A DNA stretch of 15,939 nt from Chlamydiia bacterium (GTDB lineage: Bacteria; Chlamydiota; Chlamydiia; Chlamydiales; 2-12-FULL-49-11): positions 1 to 15,939 of the forward strand of contig JBIKLZ010000028.1 of assembly GCA_044359535.1 (NCBI GenBank), written 5' to 3'. Within the stretch, counting starts at the first letter, position 1. Every line of letters begins with the position of its first letter. The position numbers and the translations under genes are program-made. Below are positions 1 to 7,461 of the stretch, in pieces. The notes under the pieces were generated by a model that saw only the letters and a program-made list of their open reading frames with translations, did no database searches and had not been told where the DNA came from.

Positions 1-734
1 GCTAAGGGTCTATTGTATTCAGCTTGAGCAAGGGCAGCATGAAATAGCAATTCCTCTTTCCTTTGAGGGTGGCGTAAGGAAAGCTCTAAAAAAATCTTTT
101 GAGATTTTTCATAAGAACCTTCAAGGCGATAGATTTCTGCAAGAGCAAACATCGATGGGTCATTAAAAGAAGAATCTAAAATTTTTTCATAAAGGGGAGC
201 AGCTTGTGCTAAGTAGCCCATTTTTTTTTCACTACGTTCCATTTTAAGAGCTTCTCTAAAATAGCTTTCCCCCATTAAAAAATAAAACTCATCTTTTCTT
301 TCGACAAGCTCTTTAGACATTTTTGTTAGGTAAGGATTGCCTGCTTTAATAAGATCTTCATACCTTTCAAGTTCATAGTAGCATTGCATTTGGTTGAGTA
401 AAAATGTTTCGACTACACCTTCATTTTTAATTTTTTCATAAGAAGAGAGGGCTTGTTTATAGTCCCCTTCTTGAATCAATAGATCGCCGTAATTTCCATG
501 GAGTTGATCGCAAAATGTACTATGTTCATGGGTTTTTAGAAAGGATACAATTTCTTTTTTGACAGTTTCATAGTCCTGATCTTTCCAAAACTCAGTAATT
601 CTTCGGAGCATAAACCCCTCTTCCTTTGTGGTCACTTCATAGGAGGAGGCTCCAAATAATTGAATGAAAGATCCTGTGCAAATAACGATATTTGAAAAAA
701 AGCGCTTTTTTAAAGGTCTAATAAAATAGGTCAT
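1..734 (-). CDS. Tetratricopeptide-repeat (TPR) protein, probably exported; N-terminal part only (runs off the window edge; not in the ORF track)
   Basis: Hand translation from ATG at 734, with GAGG SD at 740-743: MTYFIRPLKKRFFSNIVICTGSFIQLFGA...MLRRITEFWKDQDY...GNYGDLLIQEGDYKQALSSYEKI...YFLMGESYFREA...MFALAEIYRLEGSYEKSQKIF...LLFHAALAQAEYNRPL. The frame is open to position 1 and shows repeated TPR-like helical patterns. Confidence 0.8.
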   Translation of the reverse strand, partial: MTYFIRPLKKRFFSNIVICTGSFIQLFGASSYEVTTKEEGFMLRRITEFWKDQDYETVKKEIVSFLKTHEHSTFCDQLHGNYGDLLIQEGDYKQALSSYEKIKNEGVVETFLLNQMQCYYELERYEDLIKAGNPYLTKMSKELVERKDEFYFLMGESYFREALKMERSEKKMGYLAQAAPLYEKILDSSFNDPSMFALAEIYRLEGSYEKSQKIFLELSLRHPQRKEELLFHAALAQAEYNRPL

Positions 735-758
735 TGAATCCTCAAATTTTTTTCTCTG

Positions 759-786
759 ATTATACAAAGGAAATCTTATAGGACAA
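759..786 (-). promoter_or_regulatory. Putative sigma70/sigma66 promoter for the TPR gene
   Basis: Minus strand reads TTGTCC (786-781), 16 nt, TATAAT (764-759), ending about 25 nt upstream of the ATG at 734. Confidence 0.5.
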
Positions 787-802
787 ATGAATTTTTTATT
801 TT

Positions 803-1831
803 TTAGGAAAAGTGATAATGAGAAAGGAGATTTTTTGCGTAAAGGGCATCTAATTTACGGAGGTCATTATAGATTTTTAGCCCTTTTGAGCTTTTTTGAT
901 GCTTAAAATATAAAACTCCTAACTTATACATAATTTCTTTATCATCAGAAATTTTGCTCATAAGAATCTCATACTGTTCCATCTCTTTTTCTGAATCGTT
1001 GAAAAAAGCATATAACGAAGCTAAATCAGAATGAATCCAGTATTCATCATTACAGAGTTCGCTGATAATTTTAAGCTCTTCAATGGCTAAGGTGTAGTAC
1101 TTTTCTAAAGAGGCTCCAAATTCAGCCTTTTTTGTGAAGGTGGAATAGGCAAAGGCCTTTTCTAAATGCTTGCCATCAGGTTTTTTATAGATGGTGGCAT
1201 GGGTGGCATAGGTTTTAGATAACGAAGAGTGAAAATCTAAACTACAAGCGCAGTCTTCTAAAATTGTGGCATGCTCTTGCAATGAAATTTCTAATAACTT
1301 TTCTTGAAAATAGACAATGTCATTAAAATGAAAATAAAGAAGATGGGAGATAATATGCTTTTTTGAAAATTTAAAGGGGTAGACAGTAAGATAAAAAAGC
1401 TCTTGAGTGTGCAAAGCTTCTGCCAAATCCCTTGTGCACTCAGCAATAGCTAAATGAAGTTTTTCATTATCCTCAATGTTTTTTGATAAATTTGCGATCA
1501 CATGGTGGCGAAATTCCTTAGAAATAGAGTCAATGGCATCTAACTTTCTATTTTTTTGGTAAAAGGCGACAAGGACGTAGGAGGCAATACTTAAAAAAAG
1601 GAGGGCAAAAGAGGCTGAGGTTGCAAATGAAAAAGGGTCCATCGAAAAAACTGTTGTACTAATAACGGCTTCAACAATGATAGAAAGGATAAACCAAAGG
1701 TGTAAAAAGGCACTTTGATGCATCAAAGATTTAAATTTTGATAGAGCCACTTTTTTCCCTTTGGCAACAAAGCTTGTGTAAAGCTTAGGAGGAGAGGCTG
1801 CTGTAGAAAAGGTTTGATAAAATGTGGCCAT
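803..1831 (-). CDS. Conserved chlamydial membrane protein with a bilobed hydrophobic N-terminal domain and C-terminal TPRs (Inc-like)
   Basis: The track ORF starts at TTG 1897; ATG 1831 (MATFYQ) is preferred because 1897-1892 is a TTGTCA -35-like element in AT-rich DNA. There is a ~50-aa two-lobed hydrophobic stretch (AFLHLWFILS...YVLVAFY) and TPR-like C-terminal units (AIEELKII, WIHSDLASLY, IMYKLGVLYFKHQKSSKGLKIY). Confidence 0.75.
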   Translation of the reverse strand: MATFYQTFSTAASPPKLYTSFVAKGKKVALSKFKSLMHQSAFLHLWFILSIIVEAVISTTVFSMDPFSFATSASFALLFLSIASYVLVAFYQKNRKLDAIDSISKEFRHHVIANLSKNIEDNEKLHLAIAECTRDLAEALHTQELFYLTVYPFKFSKKHIISHLLYFHFNDIVYFQEKLLEISLQEHATILEDCACSLDFHSSLSKTYATHATIYKKPDGKHLEKAFAYSTFTKKAEFGASLEKYYTLAIEELKIISELCNDEYWIHSDLASLYAFFNDSEKEMEQYEILMSKISDDKEIMYKLGVLYFKHQKSSKGLKIYNDLRKLDALYAKNLLSHYHFS

Positions 1832-1917
1832 AAATCTATTCAAGGGATTTTTTTTAAAGTATCTTAGATATTTATATAAAACGATACATATTGACAAGAT
1901 GAATTTTTATCTTGAAT

Positions 1918-2280
1918 TTACGAATCGATCATAAAGTGAATCACACTTGATGGAACTCCTTCTAATTGTAAAAGAACAACCTCATCAGCTGAAAGGATGA
2001 AATGGCTGTCTGTATATTTTAATACATGGATCAATACGTTTTCCTTAAGACCTATTTCATGGAGGATGATAATGTCTTTGACACCTAACCCCTCTTGGAG
2101 GATTATTTTTTCTAAAAGATGGGGATAGTGAATTTCTAAAATAAGGAGGTCATCTTCTGTAAGGTGGATCTTTTGAACGATCTGTTTATTGCTTTGATGA
2201 AGGCTTTTTATAAGTGAGGAGGCCCTTTCTTGAGAGCATGAAAGGCATAAAAGGAGGGTGATAAAAAAAGGGACCTTCAT
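1918..2280 (-). CDS. Small putative lipoprotein (120 aa) with internal helical repeats
   Basis: Signal peptide and lipobox-like MKVPFFITLLLCLSC; repeats LGVKDIIILHEIGLKENVLIHVL and LSADEVVLLQLEGVPSSVIHFMI. Confidence 0.7.
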   Translation of the reverse strand: MKVPFFITLLLCLSCSQERASSLIKSLHQSNKQIVQKIHLTEDDLLILEIHYPHLLEKIILQEGLGVKDIIILHEIGLKENVLIHVLKYTDSHFILSADEVVLLQLEGVPSSVIHFMIDS

Positions 2281-2291
2281 TCAAAAGCTCA

Positions 2292-2328
2292 TATTAATTA
2301 TATATAATCTTCACATATATAATTAATA
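2292..2328. repeat. Perfect 14-bp AT-only inverted repeat with a 9-bp spacer
   Basis: TATTAATTATATAT (2292-2305), AATCTTCAC, ATATATAATTAATA (2315-2328); the arms are exact reverse complements. Confidence 0.85.
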
Positions 2329-2351
2329 AAATCTTTACAAGAGAAATCTTG

Positions 2352-2391
2352 AAAAAATAAAAAGGGAAGTTGCAAAAGCAAAGTCCCTTTT
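2352..2391 (-). terminator. Putative intrinsic terminator downstream of the response regulator
   Basis: Minus strand forms AAAAGGGA-CT-TTGC-TTTT-GCAA-CT-TCCCTTTT, a stem with an internal loop, followed by TATTTTTT, about 20 nt after the stop at 2411. Confidence 0.6.
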
Positions 2392-2410
2392 AGCTAAGAA
2401 CCAAGGATTT

Positions 2411-3142
2411 CTATGACGTGACAAGTTCCTGAACATCTGAAGATTCTTCAGAAAGATCAAGTTTGAATCTATAACCGATTCCACGAACTGTATCAATCCA
2501 TTTGAAATTAGGTCCAAGTTTTCTTCTTAGTGAAGCAATATGAACGTCAATATTTCTATCGACAACAAAGGAATCTTCATTGTGGATGTCATCAAGAAGT
2601 TGATTTCTTGTAAGAACCTTTCCTCTATTTTGAAGCAATCTTTTTAAAATGCCAAATTCAGAAAGGGTGATAGGAATCACTTTATCATTTTTTCTAAGGA
2701 GGTAACGATCCACTTCAAGGGTAAATTCTCCAAAAACAATATTTTTTGAGACTTTTTCGGTCTCTCTATTGCGTCTTAAAATGGCTTTAATCCTTGACAT
2801 GAGAACTTTTGGAGAAAAGGGCTTTTCAATGTAGTCATCAGCGCCAAGTTCAAGACCTAATAACACATCGATTTCATCATTTTTTGCAGATAAAATAATT
2901 AATGGGATGTTTCTCAACTCTGAGTTTCCTTTAATTTTTCTACAGACATCAAACCCATTTTGACCAGGCAACATAATGTCTAAAATTACAAGATCAGGCT
3001 TTTCACGCTCAACTGCCCTAAGGCCATTAATGCCATCAACTTCAACATGAAGTTGATATCCTGAGATTTCTGCTTGAAGTTTGATAAGAGAGGCAATATC
3101 TTCCTCATCTTCAATTAATAATATTCTTTTTCTTTGTACCAT
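2411..3142 (-). CDS. OmpR/PhoB-family DNA-binding response regulator (REC + winged helix)
   Basis: REC motifs ILLIEDE, DLVILDIMLP (phospho-acceptor Asp), IILSAK and GADDYIEKPF; winged-helix motifs ITLSEFGIL, DRNIDVHIASLRRKL and TVRGIGYRF. Confidence 0.95.
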   Translation of the reverse strand: MVQRKRILLIEDEEDIASLIKLQAEISGYQLHVEVDGINGLRAVEREKPDLVILDIMLPGQNGFDVCRKIKGNSELRNIPLIILSAKNDEIDVLLGLELGADDYIEKPFSPKVLMSRIKAILRRNRETEKVSKNIVFGEFTLEVDRYLLRKNDKVIPITLSEFGILKRLLQNRGKVLTRNQLLDDIHNEDSFVVDRNIDVHIASLRRKLGPNFKWIDTVRGIGYRFKLDLSEESSDVQELVTS

Positions 3143-3177
3143 TTCGCGTTCCTTTTGGGAAAATAAGTTTGAAGGCG

Positions 3178-3206
3178 ATTATAGCTGATGAGAAAATAAA
3201 CTACAA
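3178..3206 (-). promoter_or_regulatory. Putative sigma70/sigma66 promoter of the response regulator
   Basis: Minus strand reads TTGTAG (3206-3201), 17 nt, TATAAT (3183-3178), with an A-tract just upstream of the -35. Confidence 0.7.
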
Positions 3207-3233
3207 GGTTTTTTATATGAGTTCAATTAAAAT

Positions 3234-3689
3234 TTAAGAGGGGTCATTGGACAAAGAAAGGAGATTTTTCTCAATTTCTAAAATTTTCTTTTTATTCTGT
3301 TGGAGGGATTTACTCTGTAGGTGCATTTCCTCTTCTAAGGATTTAAGGGCAAGACTTTGCAAGGATTCAGTTTCTAAAATCTGTTCAAGTTTTTTTTCAA
3401 TTTTTGACAGGCGTTCACTATTGTTTTCCAAGGTTTGTTTTTGAGTAACAAGCTCTCTTTGTTTAAGTTCAAATAAAATGTCTTCAGAATTGGTCATCTT
3501 ATTTGTTAAAAGGTTCATTTGCACAACTGTTGTGTGGATATGGTGTTTAATTTCCTCAAGCTCTACCCTTAATTGATGGATCATTAGATCGCTGCTTTGT
3601 GAAGAAGAGATCTTTGTCCCTTTCCCATAGCACCCAGTTAACAAAAAAGAGGTAAGAAGAATAGATAAAGGTGTGGAGCTACATTTCAT
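3234..3689 (-). CDS. Coiled-coil lipoprotein immediately downstream of pal (CpoB/PapQ positional counterpart)
   Basis: ATG at 3689 lies 2 nt after the pal stop (the track start at 3695 is a TTG). Lipobox LLTGC; the remainder is L/E/K/Q-rich heptad sequence. Confidence 0.75.
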   Translation of the reverse strand: MKCSSTPLSILLTSFLLTGCYGKGTKISSSQSSDLMIHQLRVELEEIKHHIHTTVVQMNLLTNKMTNSEDILFELKQRELVTQKQTLENNSERLSKIEKKLEQILETESLQSLALKSLEEEMHLQSKSLQQNKKKILEIEKNLLSLSNDPS

Positions 3690-3691
3690 AA

Positions 3692-4375
3692 TCAAGAGCC
3701 TTTTGTATAGATTTTAAAGCAAGCTCTTCTATTTTTTGCATAGGACTCTTGAGATGAGCCAAGAGAGAGGGGTTTTTCCTTTCCATAGGAAATACTGTAG
3801 AGTTGATTGGGGTTTACACCATAGTGGACAAGCAATTGACGGACAGCAGAGGCTCGTTTTGTTCCAAGAGCAAGATTATAAGCTTCTCCCCCTCTTTGAT
3901 CACAGTGACCTTCTATGAAAACATAGGTGCTGGGGTGTTTTTTTAAATAGGCGGCAATTTTTTGTAATTTAACTTTATCGTTTGGAGAATTAAGAGCAAA
4001 TTGATCGGTATCAAAATGAATTCTTTTGAAAAGTTCAGCTAGGGGGCCACTTGGGGAAACAAAGGAATCAATTCCCGGAAGAGCCGACCCTAAAGCCCCC
4101 GGTGTTGAAGAGGGTTGAGGGGTAAAGGATTCTAAAGAACTGATGTCAATTTCGTTGATATCTAAAGGGATAAACTCCTCGTTGCTTGTTCCGTAAAATT
4201 CTGCGGTAGATGAGACAAGTCTTGATTCATCACTGTCGCCATAAAGATAGTGTGAAACCTTTGTTTGGACCATATGTCCAAATTTAGAGGCATGTTGAGA
4301 AAAAAGGGCCATTGTATTTGTGCAACCTGTGCACAGTAACAATGCCGAAAATGAAAGAATGAGTGTTTTTTTCAT
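3692..4375 (-). CDS. pal: Peptidoglycan-associated lipoprotein (OmpA C-terminal domain)
   Basis: Lipobox LCTGC; motifs IHFDTDQFAL, IEGHCDQRGGEAYNLALGTKRA, ISYGKEKP and KNRRACF; located after tolB. Confidence 0.95.
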   Translation of the reverse strand: MKKTLILSFSALLLCTGCTNTMALFSQHASKFGHMVQTKVSHYLYGDSDESRLVSSTAEFYGTSNEEFIPLDINEIDISSLESFTPQPSSTPGALGSALPGIDSFVSPSGPLAELFKRIHFDTDQFALNSPNDKVKLQKIAAYLKKHPSTYVFIEGHCDQRGGEAYNLALGTKRASAVRQLLVHYGVNPNQLYSISYGKEKPLSLGSSQESYAKNRRACFKIYTKGS

Positions 4376-4381
4376 AGATAT

Positions 4382-5719
4382 TTACTTTTCAAAGGAAGGG
4401 TAGTGTTTATCTCCCAGCCCTTGCGTGAGTCTCCTAATTTTTTTTTGTCCAATTTCTAAGATATACAAATCGGTTGTTGGGGAAGTAGAATTATAGACAA
4501 TGTGTCTATTGTCAGCGCCAAAACAGGGGTTTTCTTTATCCGAAGAGCAAGTTGTGAGTTGATGGGCCCTTTTACTTTCTATGTCGTAGACCCAAATTTG
4601 TCGCCTTCCGTTGATCCTTCCTGAAAATGCAATCATTTTTCCATCGCTTGAATAGGAGGGACATGAACATTCATCACATGGAGTTGAGATAAGCTCAAGT
4701 TTCGGTGTCTCTCTTGTTTTAAGGGTGTTATCAATGGATGCAATGTAGATCATCGGATTGTTTGACTTATTTGTAACAAAGGCCATTGTTTTATTGTCAG
4801 GACTTAAGTGAGGGCAAGCTGATGTTTGATTTAAGCCAGAATAAATTTGTAAAGGCTTTGCGACAGCTTTAAAATAGGGATCTAACTCTTGTAAAAAGAT
4901 ATCGGATTTTCCTGAAGCATCGGAGACAAAACAGAGATACTTTCCATTATACGAAATTTTAGGGAGAAGTTGATTACCTCGAAGGTGGATAAAAGGCCTT
5001 CCAGAGGATCCATTTAAACTCCCTTGATAGATTTGTGCAAGCCCTTGTTTATAGGTAACGTAGGCAAATTGATGGTCTTGTGATTTGTTGTTTTGGGAAA
5101 CAAATTCTGGGGTAATGGAGTAGTTGTTGTCAAATGTGACCCGTTTGCTTGTAAGACCTAAAGAATCAGTTTGGTAAATTTCAGCTGTCCAAGAGGTGAT
5201 TTCCTCATCGCTTTCTTTCTTGTGAGGTTTAAATGAAAAAAGAATTTTTTTAGAGGCAATCCCTTTAGAACCGAGGAAATCCTCCATAAAAAAATCAGAA
5301 AAATCATGGAGAAGGAAGATGTTTTCTTCTTTGTTATCAGAAAGCTCAAGGCTTTCAAGAGTTTTGACAGTGTTTGTTCTTACATTAAATAGATTAAAGG
5401 AAAGGAGTTTATCTTTTAAAGAGGGGAGAATTAGGTAGTCAACACTCTGTTTTTTCCATATTGGATCGCTATAGGCAAGGGCATGACCTGCTTTTTCTAA
5501 GAGGGGGTTTTTTTCAATGATTTTAGCCCTTCCGTCGAGGGTAAAGTCTTCGTGAAGGACGTAGTTAATGAGGGAGGAGAGTTCTTTAGAGTCACTTATG
5601 CACCCACTAATATAGACTTTAGATTCTCTATGTTGGGTAGGAAGGGTGATTTCTAATTCTTCACAAAATAGGGGAAAGAAAAAAAGGATAAGAAAGGGGA
5701 AAAAACGATTATTTTTCAT
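4382..5719 (-). CDS. tolB: Tol-Pal beta-propeller protein TolB
   Basis: Likely start is ATG 5719 (MKNNRFFPFLILFFFPLFC signal peptide). PD40-like repeats PKISYNGKYLCFVS, PHLSPDNKTMAFVT, PSYSSDGKMIAFSG and PCFGADNRHIVYNS; lies between tolA and pal. Confidence 0.92.
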   Translation of the reverse strand: MKNNRFFPFLILFFFPLFCEELEITLPTQHRESKVYISGCISDSKELSSLINYVLHEDFTLDGRAKIIEKNPLLEKAGHALAYSDPIWKKQSVDYLILPSLKDKLLSFNLFNVRTNTVKTLESLELSDNKEENIFLLHDFSDFFMEDFLGSKGIASKKILFSFKPHKKESDEEITSWTAEIYQTDSLGLTSKRVTFDNNYSITPEFVSQNNKSQDHQFAYVTYKQGLAQIYQGSLNGSSGRPFIHLRGNQLLPKISYNGKYLCFVSDASGKSDIFLQELDPYFKAVAKPLQIYSGLNQTSACPHLSPDNKTMAFVTNKSNNPMIYIASIDNTLKTRETPKLELISTPCDECSCPSYSSDGKMIAFSGRINGRRQIWVYDIESKRAHQLTTCSSDKENPCFGADNRHIVYNSTSPTTDLYILEIGQKKIRRLTQGLGDKHYPSFEK

Positions 5720-6293
5720 CACTAAAGAGTATGGTAAAGGTTCTGTTTTCATTTTTTGTGTATTTTGGAAATATTAAGGATCCCACATTTTGCTGAAGGT
5801 AGGTAAGATTTAATGAACTTTCCGAAGATAGGGTTTCAATCCGTACCACCTTTCCATTACAACCCACAGTAAGGTTAAGTTTTACTTTCCCTTTTTCTGG
5901 CAGGGTGAGCGAGTCACTTAAGATTTCAAAAATCCTCTGTAAGTAGTCATTGTATTCTCTTTCGGTGTTTCCTGCATCCTTTTTTACAATTTTTTTTATT
6001 TTTTTTGGAGAACCTTTAGCTGAGGACTTTGAGGTGGCAATAGATTTTTGCAACTGTTTTTTAAGGGCCTTTTTGTGAAGGGGAGGGGCTGTTTTTTTTT
6101 CAATGTCCTTAGGAGTTTGTTTAGGGGATTGTTTGTTTTCAGCAGTGGAGGGAGGGGGTTGAAAAAGGGTAAGGGTGTTGACAATCATTTTTTGAGGAGG
6201 GGGCTTTTTTTTAAGGGGCTCATGAATAGAAAAAAAGAAGATGGGGATGTGAAGTATAGAGATAACAAAAGGGAGTAAAAAACGACGCTTCAT
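5709..6293 (-). CDS. tolA: TolA/TonB-like energy transducer
   Basis: Single N-terminal TM helix containing His, a Pro/Lys-rich linker and a TonB_C-like C-terminus (YLQRIFEIL...VKLNLTVGCNGKV); lies between tolR and tolB with an ATGA overlap on tolR. Confidence 0.75.
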   Translation of the reverse strand: MKRRFLLPFVISILHIPIFFFSIHEPLKKKPPPQKMIVNTLTLFQPPPSTAENKQSPKQTPKDIEKKTAPPLHKKALKKQLQKSIATSKSSAKGSPKKIKKIVKKDAGNTEREYNDYLQRIFEILSDSLTLPEKGKVKLNLTVGCNGKVVRIETLSSESSLNLTYLQQNVGSLIFPKYTKNENRTFTILFSDEK

Positions 6294-6712
6294 GAATGTT
6301 TACTTTTAACGACAAGGTCTAGATAGGCAAAACCACACTCTTCGATCAAGTCTTTTGTTTCTGAAAAGGCTCCAAAAGAGGATTTTTTATCAATAACAAG
6401 TCGTGGTACAAGCTCCTTATTACCCTTTTTTAACTCTTGTAATAGAATTTTTAGGGTATGTTTTTCAAGGGCTTTTCCATTGACAGAAAGGGTGTTGTCT
6501 TCATGAAGGCAGATGTGTATTGTGTCAATATCGGTCATCGAAGAAGCTGAAAGGCTTTTTGAAGAACTTTCAGTAACCTCTACTCTATCTAACTTTGTTA
6601 ATGGGGCAATGATAATAAACAAAATAAGGACTACAAATAAGACGTCTAATAGAGGGGTTAAATTAATAAGATCATTATCGTCAATAAATCCTGTAGAAAA
6701 CCTTTTTCTCAT
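6290..6712 (-). CDS. tolR: TolR/ExbD family motor subunit
   Basis: INLTPLLDVLFVVLILFII with the essential TM Asp; TAATG overlap with tolQ. Confidence 0.92.
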   Translation of the reverse strand: MRKRFSTGFIDDNDLINLTPLLDVLFVVLILFIIIAPLTKLDRVEVTESSSKSLSASSMTDIDTIHICLHEDNTLSVNGKALEKHTLKILLQELKKGNKELVPRLVIDKKSSFGAFSETKDLIEECGFAYLDLVVKSKHS

Positions 6713-7404
6713 TAGACCTCTACTGCTGTATATTGAAGTTCTATTTCAGACAATACAATCTGAGAAAACTCTTCCATATCTGTAGTGATATGGGTCAGAG
6801 CATTTTTAAAATAGTTGTAGGCAATAAGTGCTGGGATGGCAATGACAAGGCCCAAAACAGTTGTAGCAAGGGCAGTAGATAGCCCTGCTAAAATGATAGA
6901 ATGTGAACCCACCCCCCCTTTTTGAAGTTCACCAAGACAAAGAAGAATTCCCCACACAGTACCTAAAATTCCGACAAAGGGAGCAAGAGAGACAATGGTG
7001 GAAAGGATAAATAGATCTTTACTTAAGATTTTTATCTCTTGATAGATAGTTATAGAGCAATGCTCATCGATCATTTCAATATCACGTTTTGAGAGAAAAG
7101 GGTTGTTTTGATCGTTAAAGTGGTGATTTTTATTGATAATTTGAGTGGTTTTTGAAGCAATGGCACTTAAAATGCGTGAAAAAGGGCTCTTTTTCAAAGA
7201 GGGGTCGTTTTGGAATAAAAGGTGCTGTAGTTGAGTTTGCCGGATTTGATCGCGCATTTCCCTTCCAAGGGCAGTTGCCGATTTTAAGGTTCGAAATTTT
7301 CGTATTAGGACAGTCCAGCATGTGACTGAAAGGATGAATAAAAAAAGAAAGATCAGTTTTCCGAAAAAATCGGACTCAATGTAGGATCTGAAAAAAATGC
7401 CCAT
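6712..7404 (-). CDS. tolQ: TolQ/ExbB/MotA family proton channel
   Basis: Motifs LSTIVSLAPFVGILGTVWGI and ALATTVLGLVIAIPALIAYNYF; AGGAG SD upstream. Confidence 0.93.
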   Translation of the reverse strand: MGIFFRSYIESDFFGKLIFLFLFILSVTCWTVLIRKFRTLKSATALGREMRDQIRQTQLQHLLFQNDPSLKKSPFSRILSAIASKTTQIINKNHHFNDQNNPFLSKRDIEMIDEHCSITIYQEIKILSKDLFILSTIVSLAPFVGILGTVWGILLCLGELQKGGVGSHSIILAGLSTALATTVLGLVIAIPALIAYNYFKNALTHITTDMEEFSQIVLSEIELQYTAVEV

Positions 7405-7412
7405 AGAAAAAA

Positions 7413-7461
7413 ACTCCTTTTCTTCCTATAGTATAGCAAAGATTTTTCTAAGAAAAGGAGT
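7413..7461. promoter_or_regulatory. Symmetric divergent control region: 12-bp inverted repeat made of both SD elements, flanking overlapping -10 hexamers
   Basis: ACTCCTTTTCTT (7413-7424) and AAGAAAAGGAGT (7450-7461) are exact reverse complements. The internal palindrome CTATA-G-TATAG (7426-7436) gives TATAGT on + (7427-7432) and TGC-TATACT on - (-10 at 7435-7430). Confidence 0.65.

Noticed and set aside
1895..1914. CAAGAT-N8-ATCTTG hairpin after the lipoprotein stop as a terminator
   Set aside because: It is a weak 6-bp AT-rich stem with no following U-tract on the minus strand.
2411..3142. Naming the regulator chxR or phoB
   Set aside because: It retains the phospho-Asp that ChxR lacks, and no phoR, pst genes or clear pho boxes are visible, so no symbol was assigned.
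5980..6220. Homopolymer runs (T9, G/C runs) in tolA as phase-variation tracts
   Set aside because: They are explained by Lys and Pro codons in the linker, the frame is intact, and similar runs occur throughout this AT-rich window.
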